From Mustelus asterias (taxonomy: Eukaryota): a DNA stretch of 64,000 nt. Under the pieces are notes generated by a model that was not told where the DNA came from, did not search any database, and saw only the letters and a list, made by a program, of their open reading frames with translations. This document shows, in pieces, positions 37,617-49,330 of this stretch. Numbering within the stretch: the stretch's first letter is position 1; each line of letters starts with the position of its first letter. A program made the translations under genes and the position numbers. The stretch lies in assembly GCF_964213995.1 (NCBI RefSeq), contig NW_027590185.1, forward strand, positions 1-64,000. Reading direction: 5' to 3'.

Positions 37617-38280
37617 TTTTATGACCCTTTTGGAATTGTTGGGTGGAGCCTGATTGAAAGGTCAGCGTTCTCTTTGGACATTTTTTTAAACAGGAGAAAG
37701 ATTTTAGTTTTCTTTCGTAACAAGCTCTTTGGACTGCAGACTGAGAGCAGTGTTTCTCATCTCTCTCTGTGGAGTGAAGATTCTGCTGCCTGTGAGTTGC
37801 CAGCTGGAAGATAGTGGCAAGCAGTCTCTCTCTCTCTCTGTCTCTCTCTCAAGGTCCTGAAAGTTCCAGCACTGGGAAGTCAAAGTTTGAATTCAACATT
37901 TAAAGGACTAATTCACAACAGGTGTTAAAAAGCTGCCAAATCCAGCATCACGTGAGCATACCTGCTTTCTGGGCAAAACCTAGAACTAGGGTGTATGTTT
38001 GAAGGGATTATTTGATTTGCAACTGTATACTTAGCTGTGCTGGTTGATACAAGATCATGGTTGCTTTTTATTGCAATTGGTAAAAGTTATGCTAATTTTT
38101 CTTCTTATACTTTAACTGTGTTCTTAAATACACTTTGTTTGATAAAAGCTTCCTCGTGGCTCACTTGAATCGTACCTGGAGTGAAATATTTATGCTCACC
38201 CATGCCAAAATCAAAGTGCAAAACTTCTGGCTAGGCTGACTTTGTAAAACACTTTGGAGTTTCTGACCTGGGTCATAACA
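37617..38280. mobile_element. Probable solo LTR
   Basis: Termini ttttatgaccc ... gggtcataaca form an 11-bp inverted repeat with one mismatch; internal (TC)n; cluster-shared sequence resumes at 38281. No clear TSD. Confidence 0.55.
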
Positions 38281-38982
38281 CGTTTAACCACGCTCAAGGT
38301 GAGTTATTCAAATTCCTTTATTGTCCAGGACAATATCTTCACAGTATCTTTAAAACAGAAATTAAACATTCCCGTTTGATTTCAGGTATTAACATGTTCT
38401 GTTAGTTTGTTCTTTATTGTCAATGTCAGGCTGGGGTTATTCTCCTTGGAGCAAAGGAGGTTGAGGGGAGATTTGATAGAGGTGACAAGATTCTGACAGG
38501 TTTAGATAAGGTGGACAAAGAAAAGCTGTTCCTATTAGCCGATTGGACAAGGACGAGGGGGGACACAGATTTAAGGTTTTGGGTCAGAGATGCAGTGGGG
38601 GGATGTGAGGAAGAATATTTTGATGCAGCGAATGGTAATGACCTGGAACTCGCTGCCTACGAGGGTGGAGGAAGTGGAGACAATAAACAATTACAAAGGA
38701 AATTGGATGGGCATTTGGGGCATTTCAAAAATAAATGCTGACTAAATATCTCTGAACTTCCTAACATCCTGTCACTCTGTGATCCTTGTGAAATTTAAAA
38801 CAAGGTATTTACAACAAGACTCAAAGAGCATCAGCCCACTGGAGGCAAAGTTGTGAGACCGGCCAGTCCAGCAGAAAGAAACCCTCCGACCCTCCCCATT
38901 GACCAACTGTGAGAATGAACAAAATGCAGTCCTGGATGTAATTGAGAGCAGAAACAATAACAGCAGAATCTAATCCCCATAT

Positions 38983-39825
38983 TCACTTGTGAACTTGTTG
39001 GTGTGTCAGCAGGGTGGATGAATCACAGAATCCCTTCCCACACTGAGAGCAGATGAACAGTCTCTCCCCAGTGTGAACTCGCTGGTGTGATTGCAGGGTG
39101 GATAACCGAGTGAATCTCTTCCCACACACGGGGCAGGTGAACGGCCTCTCTCCAGAGTGAACTCGCTGGTGTCTCCGCAGATTAGATAACTGAGTGAATC
39201 CCTTTCCACACTGAGAGCAGGTGAATGGCCTCTCCCCAGTGTGAACTCGCTGGTGTGTCTGCAGGTTTGATAAATGAATGAATCCCTTCCCACACTGAAA
39301 GCAACTGTATGGCCTCTCCCCAGTGTGATTGCGCTGGTGTGTCTGCAGGCTGTACAATTGAGTGAATCCCTTCCCACACTGAGAGCAGGTGAATGGTCTC
39401 TCCCCAGTGTGAACTCGCTGGTGTGACTGCAGATGAGATAACTGAGTGAATCTTTTCCCACATGCAGAGCAGCCGAATGGCCTCTCTCCTGTGTGAACTC
39501 GCTGGTGTTTCTGTAGGTTGGATGACTTACTGAATCCCTTCCCACACTGAGAGCAGGTGAATGGCCTCTCCCCAGTGTGAACTCGCTGGTGTGTCTGCAG
39601 GCTTGATATCTGAGTAAATCCCTTCCCACACTGACAGCAGGTGAATGCACTCTCACCAGTGTGAACTTGCTGGTGTCTCTGCAGAGTGGATGAATCAATG
39701 AATCCCTTCCCACACACCCAGCAGGTGAACGGCCTCTCCCCAGTGTGGCTGTGCCGATGAGCTTCCAGTAGAGAGGGCGCTTTGTATCTCTTCCCACAGT
39801 CCTCACATTTCCACGGTTTTACCAT
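38983..39825 (-). CDS. C2H2 ZNF gene 6, 280 aa, 10 fingers
   Basis: MVKPWKC start, ten canonical fingers, 3' UTR shared with genes 1, 4, 7 and 8. Confidence 0.9.
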   Translation of the reverse strand: MVKPWKCEDCGKRYKAPSLLEAHRHSHTGERPFTCWVCGKGFIDSSTLQRHQQVHTGESAFTCCQCGKGFTQISSLQTHQRVHTGERPFTCSQCGKGFSKSSNLQKHQRVHTGERPFGCSACGKRFTQLSHLQSHQRVHTGERPFTCSQCGKGFTQLYSLQTHQRNHTGERPYSCFQCGKGFIHLSNLQTHQRVHTGERPFTCSQCGKGFTQLSNLRRHQRVHSGERPFTCPVCGKRFTRLSTLQSHQRVHTGERLFICSQCGKGFCDSSTLLTHQQVHK

Positions 39826-40544
39826 ATTTTCAGTCTCCTTGTATCATTTGAAACCTTGTCCACACAGAGAACACGGTATGGTCTCTCCCTGCTGTGAATG
39901 CTGCGATGTATTTTCAGGCTGTGTAACTGGTTAAAGCTCTTTTCACTGTCAGTGCACTGGAACATTCTCACTCAGGTGTGTGTTTGTGTCCCGGTGTTTT
40001 TCCAGTCACACTGCTGCTTAAAATCTTGCAGTCAAACATTTCTCCTTCCCATTCAGAGGCTGAGGATATTTAGTTTCCAAGGAATCGAGTGACTCTGTCA
40101 GATCGAGATGTGATCGTTAAGATTTATCGGTGTGATTCCTCTTCTAATATCCTGTAAAAACAATTTACAAAATTCATCACAGTCAGTACAGGATAGAAAT
40201 TCAGAACAGACAATTCTAGTTTCTGTGGAACATTCTTTCCTCTCTGATTCCCCAAAAGCTGTAGATCTCCATCCCACACACTCTCCCTCCATTCTCACTC
40301 TGCTGTATCTAATATTCAACCTCCCAATTCTCCTGAAGGTGCTGATTGAGGCTGATTGACAGATCCATGCTCACTGCTTCCTGCCCTGGACACAGAGAGC
40401 TGAAAATCTCCATGCAGACTGCCAGTCTAACAGAAATATGGCTACATTCTTGACTAAGAATGTTTTAAATGGATTGTTTCAGTGAGTGAAGATACAGGGG
40501 GGTTGTGATTGATGATGATATTGAACTTGCTGCCAACGTGGGTG

Positions 40545-40915
40545 ATCATAGAGTTTTACAGCATGGAAAGAGGCCCTTCGGCCCATGGTGTTTGTGCCGG
40601 CCATCAAGCACCGTTCTATTCTAATCCCATTTTCCACACTTGATGTGTAACCTTCCATACTATGGCATTTCAAGAGCTTATCTAAATTCTTCTTAAATGT
40701 TATGATGATTCCCACCTCTACCACCCTTTCAGGCAGTGAGTTCCAGATTCCCACCACCATCTGAGTGAAAAAGCTTTCCCTCACATCTCCTATAAACCTC
40801 CTGCCCCTGAACTTAAATCCAGGCCCCTGGTTATTGACCTCTCTACTAAAGAGAAAAGTTCCTTCCTGTCCCCCCCTATCTGTGCCCCTCAGAATTTTAT
40901 ACACCTCAATGTTAG
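40545..40915 (-). mobile_element. Old CR1 3' fragment
   Basis: IEVYKILRG..FFTQMVVGIWNSLPERVVE. Confidence 0.8.
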
Positions 40916-41397
40916 GCTGGATAACTTGGGGTTGTTCTCCTTGGAGCAAAGTAGATTGATAGAGGTGTACAAGGGTACATGGAGGTGTCAAAGTTTTCAT
41001 GCTCTGTTTACACGTGTACAAGCTCTGACTATGGGTCATCCAGTCTCGAAACGTTGGTTCTATTCTCTCTCCACGGATGATGTCAGATCTGCTGAGATTT
41101 TCCAGCATTTATTGTTTTTATTTCCCTTTCTATTTCCTTCTCTGTCACCGCTCTGCCTCATCAATAAGACATTGGGACTCAGAGGGTTGATGCAGTTTGA
41201 TGGACAAGTTGTCTCCATTCTGAACACTGATTGACAACATTGCCCTCTACAAACATGGCGGCCGCACATGCGCACTGTTGCATATTGCCCCCAATAAAGA
41301 TGGCGAACGTTAAACCGAAACGAACATGAGGAACTGCAGCCCTGCTCGGTACAAACTGGGTCCGGGAAGCTCTCTTCCGCATTTTGCGACTCTCACA

Positions 41398-43716
41398 ACA
41401 TAGAACATAGAACATTACAGCGCAGAACAGGCCCTTCGGCCCACGATGTTGCACCGACCAGTTAAAAAAAAACTGTGACCCTCCAACCTAAACCAATTTC
41501 TTTTCGTCCATGAACCTATCTACGGATCTCTTAAACGCCCCCAAACTAGGCGCATTTACTACTGATGCTGGCAGGGCATTCCAATCCCTCACCACCCTCT
41601 GGGTAAAGAACCTACCCCTGACATCGGTTCTATAACTACCCCCCCTCAATTTAAAGCCATGCCCCCTCGTGCTGGATTTCTCCATCAGAGGAAAAAGGCT
41701 ATCACTATCCACCCTATCTAAACCTCTAATCATCTTATATGTTTCAATAAGATCCCCTCTTAGCCGCCGCCTTTCCAGCGAAAACAATCCCAAATCCCTC
41801 AGCCTCTCCTCATAGGATCTCCCCTCCATACCAGGCAACATCCTGGTAAACCTCCTCTGCACCCTCTCCAAAGCCTCCACATCCTTCCTGTAATGTGGGG
41901 ACCAGAACTGCACACAGTACTCCAAGTGCGGCCGCACCAGAGTTGTGTACAGTTGCAACATAACGCTACGACTCCTAAATTCAATCCCCCTACCAATAAA
42001 CGCCAAGACACCATATGCCTTCTTAACAACCTTATCTACTTGATTCCCAACTTTCAGGGATCTATGCACACATACACCTAGATCCCTCTGCTCCTCCACA
42101 CTATTCAAAGTCCTCCCGTTAGCCCTATACTCAACACATCTGTTATTCCTACCAAAGTGAATTACCTCACACTTCTCCGCATTAAACTCCATCCGCCACC
42201 TCTCGGCCCAACTTTGCAACCTGTCTAAGTCTTCCTGCAAACTACGACACCCTTCCTCACTGTCTACCACACCACCGACTTTGGTGTCATCAGCAAATTT
42301 GCTAATCCACCCAACTATACCCTCATCCAGATCATTAATAAATATTACAAACAGCAGTGGCCCCAAAACAGATCCCTGAGGTACACCACTTGTAACCGCA
42401 CTCCATGATGAATATTTACTATCAACCACCACCCTCTGTTTCCTATCCGCTAGCCAATTCCTGATCCAATTTCCTAGATCACCCCCAATCCCATACATCT
42501 GCATTTTCTGCAGAAGCCTACCATGGTGAACCTTATCAAACGCCTTACTAAAATCCATATATACCACGTCCACTGCCTTGCCCCCATCCACCTCCTTGGT
42601 CACTTTCTCAAAAAACTCAATAAGGTTAGTAAGGCACGACCTACCTGCCACAAAACCATGCTGACTATCACCTATCAATTCATTACTCTCCAAATAACTA
42701 TAAATCCTATCCCTTATAATTTTTTCCAACATCTTGCCGACAACAGAAGTGAGACTCACCGGTCTATAATTCCCGGGGAAGTCTCTGTTCCCCTTCTTAA
42801 ACAATGGGACAACATTCGCTAACCTCCAATCTTCTGGTACTATACCAGAGGCCAACGACGACCTGAAGATCAGAGCCAGAGGCTCTGCAATCACTTCTCT
42901 TGCCTCCCAGAGAATCCTTGGATAAATCCCATCCGGACCAGGGGATTTATCTATTTTCAGACCCTCCAGAATATCCTGCACATCCTCCTTATCAACTGTA
43001 ATACTGTCTATTCTACTCCCTTGCAACCCAGTGTCCTCCTCAGCTATATTCATGTCCCCTTGCGTGAACACCGAAGAGAAATATTGGTTCAATGCTTCAC
43101 CAATCTCCTCCGGTTCCACACATAACTTCCCTCTGCCATCTATAACTGGCCCTAAACTTGCCCTAACCAACCTTCTGTTCTTGACATACCTATAGAACGC
43201 CTTAGGATTCTCTTTAACCCTATCCGCCAAAGTCTTCTCATGTCCCCTTTTAGCCCTTCTAAGCTCGCTCTTCAACTCCCTCTTAGCCAATCTAAAGCTT
43301 TCTAGTGCACTACCCGAGTGCTCACGTCTCATCCGAACATAAGCCTCCTTTTTCTTTTTAACCAACAAAGAAACTTTTTTGGTGCACCACGGTTCCCTAG
43401 CCCTACCAATTCCTCCTTGCCTGACAGGGACATACCTATCACAGACTCGCAGTAGCTGCTCCTTGAAAAAACTCCACATGTCGGACGTTCCCAGTCCCTG
43501 TAATCTCCTAGTCCAACCTATGTTTCCTAATTCTCTCCTAATAGCCTCATAATTACCCTTCCCCCAGCTAAAACCACTGGCCCGAGGTTCATGCCTATCC
43601 CTTTCCATCACTAAGGTGAACGTAACCGAATTGTGGTCACTATCACCAAAATGCACACCAACTTCCAAGTCTAGCACCTGGTCTGGCTCATTTCCCAGCA
43701 CCAGATCCAATATAGC
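41398..43716 (-). mobile_element. Young 5'-truncated CR1 (2.3 kb)
   Basis: Tail (atgttct)n, possible TSD ctcaca (41392-41397, 43717-43722), uninterrupted ORF. Confidence 0.95.
41488..43710 (-). CDS. CR1 ORF2, N-terminally truncated (end of the APE domain plus complete RT), 740 codons open
   Basis: GDSDH, NYRPVSL, QHGF, DFSKAFD, VPQGSVLGP, FADD. Confidence 0.85.
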   Translation of the reverse strand: MDLVLGNEPDQVLDLEVGVHFGDSDHNSVTFTLVMERDRHEPRASGFSWGKGNYEAIRRELGNIGWTRRLQGLGTSDMWSFFKEQLLRVCDRYVPVRQGGIGRAREPWCTKKVSLLVKKKKEAYVRMRREHSGSALESFRLAKRELKSELRRAKRGHEKTLADRVKENPKAFYRYVKNRRLVRASLGPVIDGRGKLCVEPEEIGEALNQYFSSVFTQGDMNIAEEDTGLQGSRIDSITVDKEDVQDILEGLKIDKSPGPDGIYPRILWEAREVIAEPLALIFRSSLASGIVPEDWRLANVVPLFKKGNRDFPGNYRPVSLTSVVGKMLEKIIRDRIYSYLESNELIGDSQHGFVAGRSCLTNLIEFFEKVTKEVDGGKAVDVVYMDFSKAFDKVHHGRLLQKMQMYGIGGDLGNWIRNWLADRKQRVVVDSKYSSWSAVTSGVPQGSVLGPLLFVIFINDLDEGIVGWISKFADDTKVGGVVDSEEGCRSLQEDLDRLQSWAERWRMEFNAEKCEVIHFGRNNRCVEYRANGRTLNSVEEQRDLGVCVHRSLKVGNQVDKVVKKAYGVLAFIGRGIEFRSRSVMLQLYTTLVRPHLEYCVQFWSPHYRKDVEALERVQRRFTRMLPGMEGRSYEERLRDLGLFSLERRRLRGDLIETYKMIRGLDRVDSDSLFPLMEKSSTRGHGFKLRGGSYRTDVRGRFFTQRVVRDWNALPASVVNAPSLGAFKRSVDRFMDEKKLV

Positions 43717-44213
43717 CTCACATGCTTACACGGCGTTTCCACCCACCAGGACGATCCATTGCTCTCTCCGTACCGCCAATCACCTCGAACAGATTTCCGA
43801 GCCCAAAATAACCGTTTTCCATCGCCATTACTCACACTGCGCATGCTCATGTCAAAGTTGACCCCGCCCCTCGTTCGCTCCGATTGGTTGGAGGACCGAC
43901 CGCTCCAGATCGGTCCTCCAGCACTGCACCTTCTTCCCATTGGTCCGCGCTGCCGTCAGTGTCAGGCGGACTGGCTGGAGTGAATGCATGTGGTTATGGG
44001 AATAGGGCCTGGATGGGATGGTGTTTGGTACAGACTCGATGGACAGAACGGCCTCTGTCTGTACTGTCGGGATTCTACAATGCTTTGTTTAATAGGAGAC
44101 AAAAACTGCAGCCACTATTCAAGATGCAGTTTCAGCAACGCCCTGTATAACTGAAGCACAATATCTTTACTTCAATGTTCAATTTCTCTCAGAATAAAGG
44201 ATTGCATTCCATA

Positions 44214-45050
44214 TGTTGTTTGGGTTTAATATCAGTTGTTTGGGTTTAATATCAGTTGTTTGGATTTAATATCAGTTGTTTGGATTTAATCTCAGTTGTT
44301 GTGGGTTTAATCTCAGTTGTTTGGATTGAATCTCAGTTGTTTGGGTTTAATCCCAGTTGTTGTGGGTTTAATCTCAGTTGTTTGGATTTAATCTCAGTTG
44401 TTTGGGTTTAAACCCAGTTGTTGTGGGTTTAATCTCAGTTGTTTGGATTTAATCTCAGTTGTTTGGGTTTACTCTCCGTTATTTGGGTTTAATCTCAGTG
44501 GTTTGGGTTTAATATCAGTTGTTTGGATTTAATCTCAGTTGTTTGGATTTAATCTCAGTTGTTTGTGTTTAATCCCAGTTGTTGTGGATTTAATCTCAGT
44601 TGTTTGGATTTAATCTCAGTTGTTTGGGTTTAATCTCAGTTGTTTGGGTTTAATCTCAGTTGTTTGGGTTTAATCTCAGTTGTTTGGGTTTAATCTCAGT
44701 TGTTTGGGTTTAATATCAGTTGTTTGGATTTAATCTCAGTTGTTTGGGTTTAATATCAGTTGTTTGGGTTTAATATCAGTTGTTCTGGGTTTAATCTCAG
44801 TTGTTTGGGTTTAATATCAGTTGTTTGGGTTTAATATCAGTTGTTCTGGGTTTAATCTCAGTTGTTTGGGTTTAATCTCAGTTGTTTAGGTTTAATCTCA
44901 GTTGTTTTGGGTTTAATCTCAGTTGTTTGGGTTTAATATCAGTTGTTCTGGGTTTAATCTCAGTTGTTCTGGGTTTAATATCAGTTGTTTGGGTTTAATC
45001 CCAGTTGTTTGGGTTTAATCTCAGTTGTTTGGGTTTAATATCAGTTGTTA
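44214..45050. repeat. 20-21 bp tandem array (GTTGTTTGGGTTTAATCTCA)n, roughly 40 units, abutting the CR1 5' UTR
   Basis: Directly visible; absent from the paralogous site at 21311-21330. Confidence 0.97.
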
Positions 45051-45388
45051 ATATCAGGGATTTGTTCCCAGGAGCAGGCTGAGGGTGAGAGAGTGGGTTT
45101 TCTGACTTTAATTAATTATTTATTTTTTCAGTTAATTTTGGGTTTAAAATCGGAGGTTTTTTTCAAAACCGGAAGTCGGGCCAGGAGTGGCCTGGGGAAG
45201 TTTTTGGAGGGTTTAAAAGCGCACCAAAGTATACAGCGGGCAGCATCGTAGCGGGCAGCAGAGTGAGTGGGAAGTTGAGTGAGCTGTCAGGGCTTTGGCT
45301 CACAGGGCTTGGACGAGCAGGGGTGAGTTTTTGTTTCCTTACACGCTTATTAACTTTTCACTGTCTTACTTGACATAAAGTGTCCAGT

Positions 45389-46318
45389 ATGAGTGTGAAA
45401 CCAGTGTGCTGTTCCCAGTGTAGGATGTGGGAGGTCCTGGAGGCATCTGGCCTCCCGGACATCCACATCTGTGAGGGGTGTGTCGAGCTGCGGTTCCTGA
45501 GGGACCGTGTTAGGGAGCTGGAACTGCAGCTCGAGGATCTTAGGCTGATGAGGGAGAATGAGGAGGTGATAGACAAGAGCTATCATCAGGTGGTCACACC
45601 AGGGCAACGGGAGGAGGCCAAGTGGGTGATGGCCAGGAAGGGTAAGGCTAGGGTGGTTGAGAGCACCCCAGTGGATTTGCCCCTGCACAACAAGTACTCC
45701 TGCTTGAGTACTGCTGGGGGGGACAGCCCGCCTGGGGGAAGCAGCAGTGGCCGTGTCTCCGCAGTGGAGTCCAGCCCTGTAACTCAGAGGGCTAAGGAAA
45801 AGAGGAGGAAGGCGGTATTAATCGGGGACTCGATGGTGAAGGGGACAGACAGGCGTTTCTGCGGAGGTAGGCGGGATTCTCGCATGGTGGTCTGCCTCCC
45901 TGGGGCCGGGATCCAGGATGTCGCTAGTCGCGTCCCGGAAATCCTGAGGTGGGAGGGAGAGGAGCCTGAGGTAGCGGTACATATTGGTACCGCTGAAGTG
46001 GGTAGGAAGGGAGAAGGGGTCATGAAAAGGGAGTACAGGGAATTAGGGAGACAGCTGAGAAAGAGGAAAGCAAAGGTAGTAATCTCAGGATTACTGCCTG
46101 TGCCACGGGAAGGTGAGGGCAGGAATGGAGTGAGGTGGAAGATGAATGTGTGGCTGAGGGACTGGTGCAGGGGTCAGGGATTCAGGTTCCTGGACCATTG
46201 GGACCTCTTTAGGGGCAGGGGTGCTCTGTATACAAAAAACGGGTGGAACTTGAATCACACGGGGACCAATATCCTGGCCGGTAGGTTGGCTAAGGTTACT
46301 GGGGAGAATTTAAACTAG
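45389..46318 (+). CDS. CR1 ORF1: zinc finger/leucine zipper plus SGNH esterase-like domain
   Basis: CSQC..HICEGC, LRDRVRELELQLEDL, LIGDS, CLPGA, VHIGT, VVISGLLP. Confidence 0.92.
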   Translation: MSVKPVCCSQCRMWEVLEASGLPDIHICEGCVELRFLRDRVRELELQLEDLRLMRENEEVIDKSYHQVVTPGQREEAKWVMARKGKARVVESTPVDLPLHNKYSCLSTAGGDSPPGGSSSGRVSAVESSPVTQRAKEKRRKAVLIGDSMVKGTDRRFCGGRRDSRMVVCLPGAGIQDVASRVPEILRWEGEEPEVAVHIGTAEVGRKGEGVMKREYRELGRQLRKRKAKVVISGLLPVPREGEGRNGVRWKMNVWLRDWCRGQGFRFLDHWDLFRGRGALYTKNGWNLNHTGTNILAGRLAKVTGENLN

Positions 46319-46372
46319 ATAGGTTGGGGGGAGGGGAGCTAGAAGAGTTGACTAGGATCAAGGAACTAATTG

Positions 46373-49330
46373 ATGGGGGGGGAGGATGCAGGGGTAAGGG
46401 GAATTACAAAATTAATGGTAGAGGAGAGGGTGCAAGTGAATGAAGGCGGTAATTTAGATAAGGGAGTAGAGGGAGAGGGTGTTCGCGACTCATCAAAGCG
46501 GGTCCAGATAAAAGCTGGAATAAGGACACTTTGCCTGAATGCACGAAGCATTCGGAACAAGGTAAATGAGTTGATGGTGCAAATCAGCACGAGTGGGTAC
46601 GATCTAGTGGCCATTACAGAAACGTGGCTGAAAGGTGACCAGGACTGGGAGATGAATATCCAGGGGTATCAGGCGTTTAGGAAGAATAGACAGGAAGGAA
46701 AAGGTGGTGGGGTCGCGCTATTAATAAGAGATAATATCAGGGTAGTACTGAGGGATGACATAGGCTCTGAGGAACAAAACGTGGAATCATTATGGGTAGA
46801 GATGAGGAATAGTAGAGAGAGAAAGACACTAGTAGGTGTGGTATATAGGCCCCCAAATAATAATGTTGAGGTAGGGAGGGCTATAAACAAGCAGATAAGG
46901 GATGCGTGTAAAAACGGAACGGCAATAATCATGGGGGACTTCAACATGCACATTGACTGGCAGACTCAAGTCGGTAAGGGTGGAATGGAGGAAGAGTTCT
47001 TAGAATGCTGTCGGGATAGTTTCCTTGAACAGCATGTTACGGAACCGACGAGGGAACGAGCTATTTTGGATCTGGTATTGTGTAACGAGGTAGGTAGAAT
47101 TAAGGATCTTATTGTGAAGGACCCTCTTGGGTCTAGTGACCACAATATGGTCGAATTTCTGATTCAGATGGAAGAGGAGAAAGTTTGGTCCCAAACCAGT
47201 GTCCTCTGTTTGAACAGAGGGAAATATGATAGGATGAGGGATGAATTGGCTAAGGTAGACTGGGAGAGCAGGCTGGCAGGTAGGATAGCTGAGGAACAGT
47301 GGAGGATTTTTAAGGAGATCCTTTTCAGTTCTCAGCAAAAATATATTCCAGCAAAAAACAAGGATTGTAAGCAAAGGGAGAACCGGCCGTGGATAACGAA
47401 GGAAATAAAGGAGAGTATTAAAATAAAAACAGCTGCGTACAGAGTGGCCAAAAATAGTGGAGAAACAAGTGATTGGGGAAAATTTAAGAAACAACAAAGA
47501 GAGACTAAGAAAGCGATAAAGAAAGGAAGGATAGACTATGAAGCTCGGCTAGCAATTAATATAAAAAATGATAGTAAAAGTTTTTATAAATATATAAAAA
47601 GGAATAGAGTGGCTAGAGTGAATGTTGGACCCTTGGAGGACGAGAGGGGGGAGTTAATAGTGGGAAATGAGGATATGGCTGAGTCTTTAAATAAGTTTTT
47701 TGTGTCGGTCTTCACGGTGGAGGACACAAATAGTTTGCCAAATATTAACGATAGAGGGTTGGCAGCAGGAGAAATACTTAATACAATTAATGTTACCAGA
47801 GAGGCAGTGCTGGGTAGACTAATGGGACTGAAGGTGGATAAGTCCCCGGGTCCGGATGGAATGCATCCCAGGGTATTGAAAGAAATGTCAGAGGTAATAG
47901 TGGATGCGTTAGTGATTATTTATCAAAACTCGTTGCATTCTGGGGTAGTGCCGGTTGATTGGAAAACGGCTAATGTTACGCCGCTGTTTAAAAAAGGAAG
48001 GAGACAAAAGGCGGGTAACTATAGGCCGGTCAGCTTAACGTCTGTAGTAGGGAAAATGCTGGAATCCATTATTAAAGAGGAGATAGCAGGGCATCTGGAT
48101 AGAAATGGTTCGATCAATCAGACGCAGCATGGATTCATGAGGGGAAAGTCGTGCTTGACGAACATGTTGGATTTTTATGAAGATGTGACTAGGGCGGTTG
48201 ATGGAGGAGAACCGGTGGATGCGGTGTTTTTGGATTTCCAAAAGGCGTTTGATAAGGTGCCCCATAAAAGGCTACTGAAGAAGATTAGGGCACACGGAGT
48301 TGGGGGTAGTGTGTTAAAGTGGATTGGGGACTGGCTATCCGACAGGAAGCAAAGAGTCGGAATAAATGGGTGTTTTTCCGGTTGGAGGAAGGTAACTAGT
48401 GGCGTGCCGCAGGGATCGGTACTCGGGCCGCAACTATTTACCATTTATATAGATGATCTGGAGGAGGGGACGGAGTGTAGGGTAACGAAGTTTGCAGACG
48501 ACACAAAGATAAGTGGAAAAGTGAATCGTGTGGAGGACGGAGAAGATCTGCAGAGAGATTTGGACAGGCTGAGTGAGTGGGCGAGGATATGGCAAATGGA
48601 GTATAACGTTGAGAAATGCGAGGTTATACACTTTGGAGGAAATAATAACAAATGGGATTACTATCTCAATGGAAACAAATTAAAACATGCTACCGTGCAA
48701 AGGGACCTGGGGGTCCTTGTGCATGAGACGCAAAAGCCCAGTCTGCAGGTACAGCAGGTGATCAAGAAGGCAAATGGGATGTTGGCCTATATTGCGAAGG
48801 GGATAGAATATAAAAGCAGGGATGTCTTGATGCACCTGTACAGGGCATTGGTGAGGCCGCAGCTGGAATACTGTGTGCAGTATTGGTCCCCTTATATGAG
48901 GAAGGATATATTGGCATTGGAGGGAGTGCAGAGAAGGTTCACCAGGTTGATACCGGAGATGAGGGGTTTGGATTATGAGGAGAGGCTGAGGAGATTGGGT
49001 TTGTACTCGTTGGAGTTTAGAAGGATGAGGGGGGATCTTATGGAGACTTATAAGATAATGCGGGGGCTGGATAGGGTGGAGGCGGAGAGATTCTTTCCAC
49101 TTAGTAAGGAAGTTAAAACTAGAGGACACAGCCTCAAAATAAAGGGGGGTCGGTTTAAGACAGAGTTGAGGAGGAACTTCTTCTCCCAGAGGGTGGTGAA
49201 TCTCTGGAATTCTCTGCCCACTGAGGTGGTGGAGGCTACCTCGCTGAATATGTTTAAAGCGCGGATGGATGGGTTCCTGATCGGTAAGGGAATTAAGGGT
49301 TATGGGGATCAGGCGGGTAAGTGGTACTGA
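46373..49330 (+). CDS. CR1 ORF2: APE endonuclease plus reverse transcriptase, intact
   Basis: LNARS, ITETW, YRPP, MGDFN, SDH; NYRPVSL, DFQKAFD, PQGSVLGP, FADD; no stops. Confidence 0.96.
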   Translation: MGGEDAGVRGITKLMVEERVQVNEGGNLDKGVEGEGVRDSSKRVQIKAGIRTLCLNARSIRNKVNELMVQISTSGYDLVAITETWLKGDQDWEMNIQGYQAFRKNRQEGKGGGVALLIRDNIRVVLRDDIGSEEQNVESLWVEMRNSRERKTLVGVVYRPPNNNVEVGRAINKQIRDACKNGTAIIMGDFNMHIDWQTQVGKGGMEEEFLECCRDSFLEQHVTEPTRERAILDLVLCNEVGRIKDLIVKDPLGSSDHNMVEFLIQMEEEKVWSQTSVLCLNRGKYDRMRDELAKVDWESRLAGRIAEEQWRIFKEILFSSQQKYIPAKNKDCKQRENRPWITKEIKESIKIKTAAYRVAKNSGETSDWGKFKKQQRETKKAIKKGRIDYEARLAINIKNDSKSFYKYIKRNRVARVNVGPLEDERGELIVGNEDMAESLNKFFVSVFTVEDTNSLPNINDRGLAAGEILNTINVTREAVLGRLMGLKVDKSPGPDGMHPRVLKEMSEVIVDALVIIYQNSLHSGVVPVDWKTANVTPLFKKGRRQKAGNYRPVSLTSVVGKMLESIIKEEIAGHLDRNGSINQTQHGFMRGKSCLTNMLDFYEDVTRAVDGGEPVDAVFLDFQKAFDKVPHKRLLKKIRAHGVGGSVLKWIGDWLSDRKQRVGINGCFSGWRKVTSGVPQGSVLGPQLFTIYIDDLEEGTECRVTKFADDTKISGKVNRVEDGEDLQRDLDRLSEWARIWQMEYNVEKCEVIHFGGNNNKWDYYLNGNKLKHATVQRDLGVLVHETQKPSLQVQQVIKKANGMLAYIAKGIEYKSRDVLMHLYRALVRPQLEYCVQYWSPYMRKDILALEGVQRRFTRLIPEMRGLDYEERLRRLGLYSLEFRRMRGDLMETYKIMRGLDRVEAERFFPLSKEVKTRGHSLKIKGGRFKTELRRNFFSQRVVNLWNSLPTEVVEATSLNMFKARMDGFLIGKGIKGYGDQAGKWY

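Larger units (their letters stand above)
41240..43957 (-). promoter_or_regulatory. Gene 6 promoter, split into 41240-41397 and 43717-43957 by a CR1 insertion
   Basis: YY1-like aacatggcggc/aagatggcg and NRF1-like gcacatgcgca on the left; double ATTGG plus palindrome homologous to 13410-13550 on the right. Confidence 0.55.

Noticed and set aside
44214-45050. Telomeric or CRISPR-like array
   Set aside because: The unit is 20-21 bp, not TTAGGG, and has no spacers.
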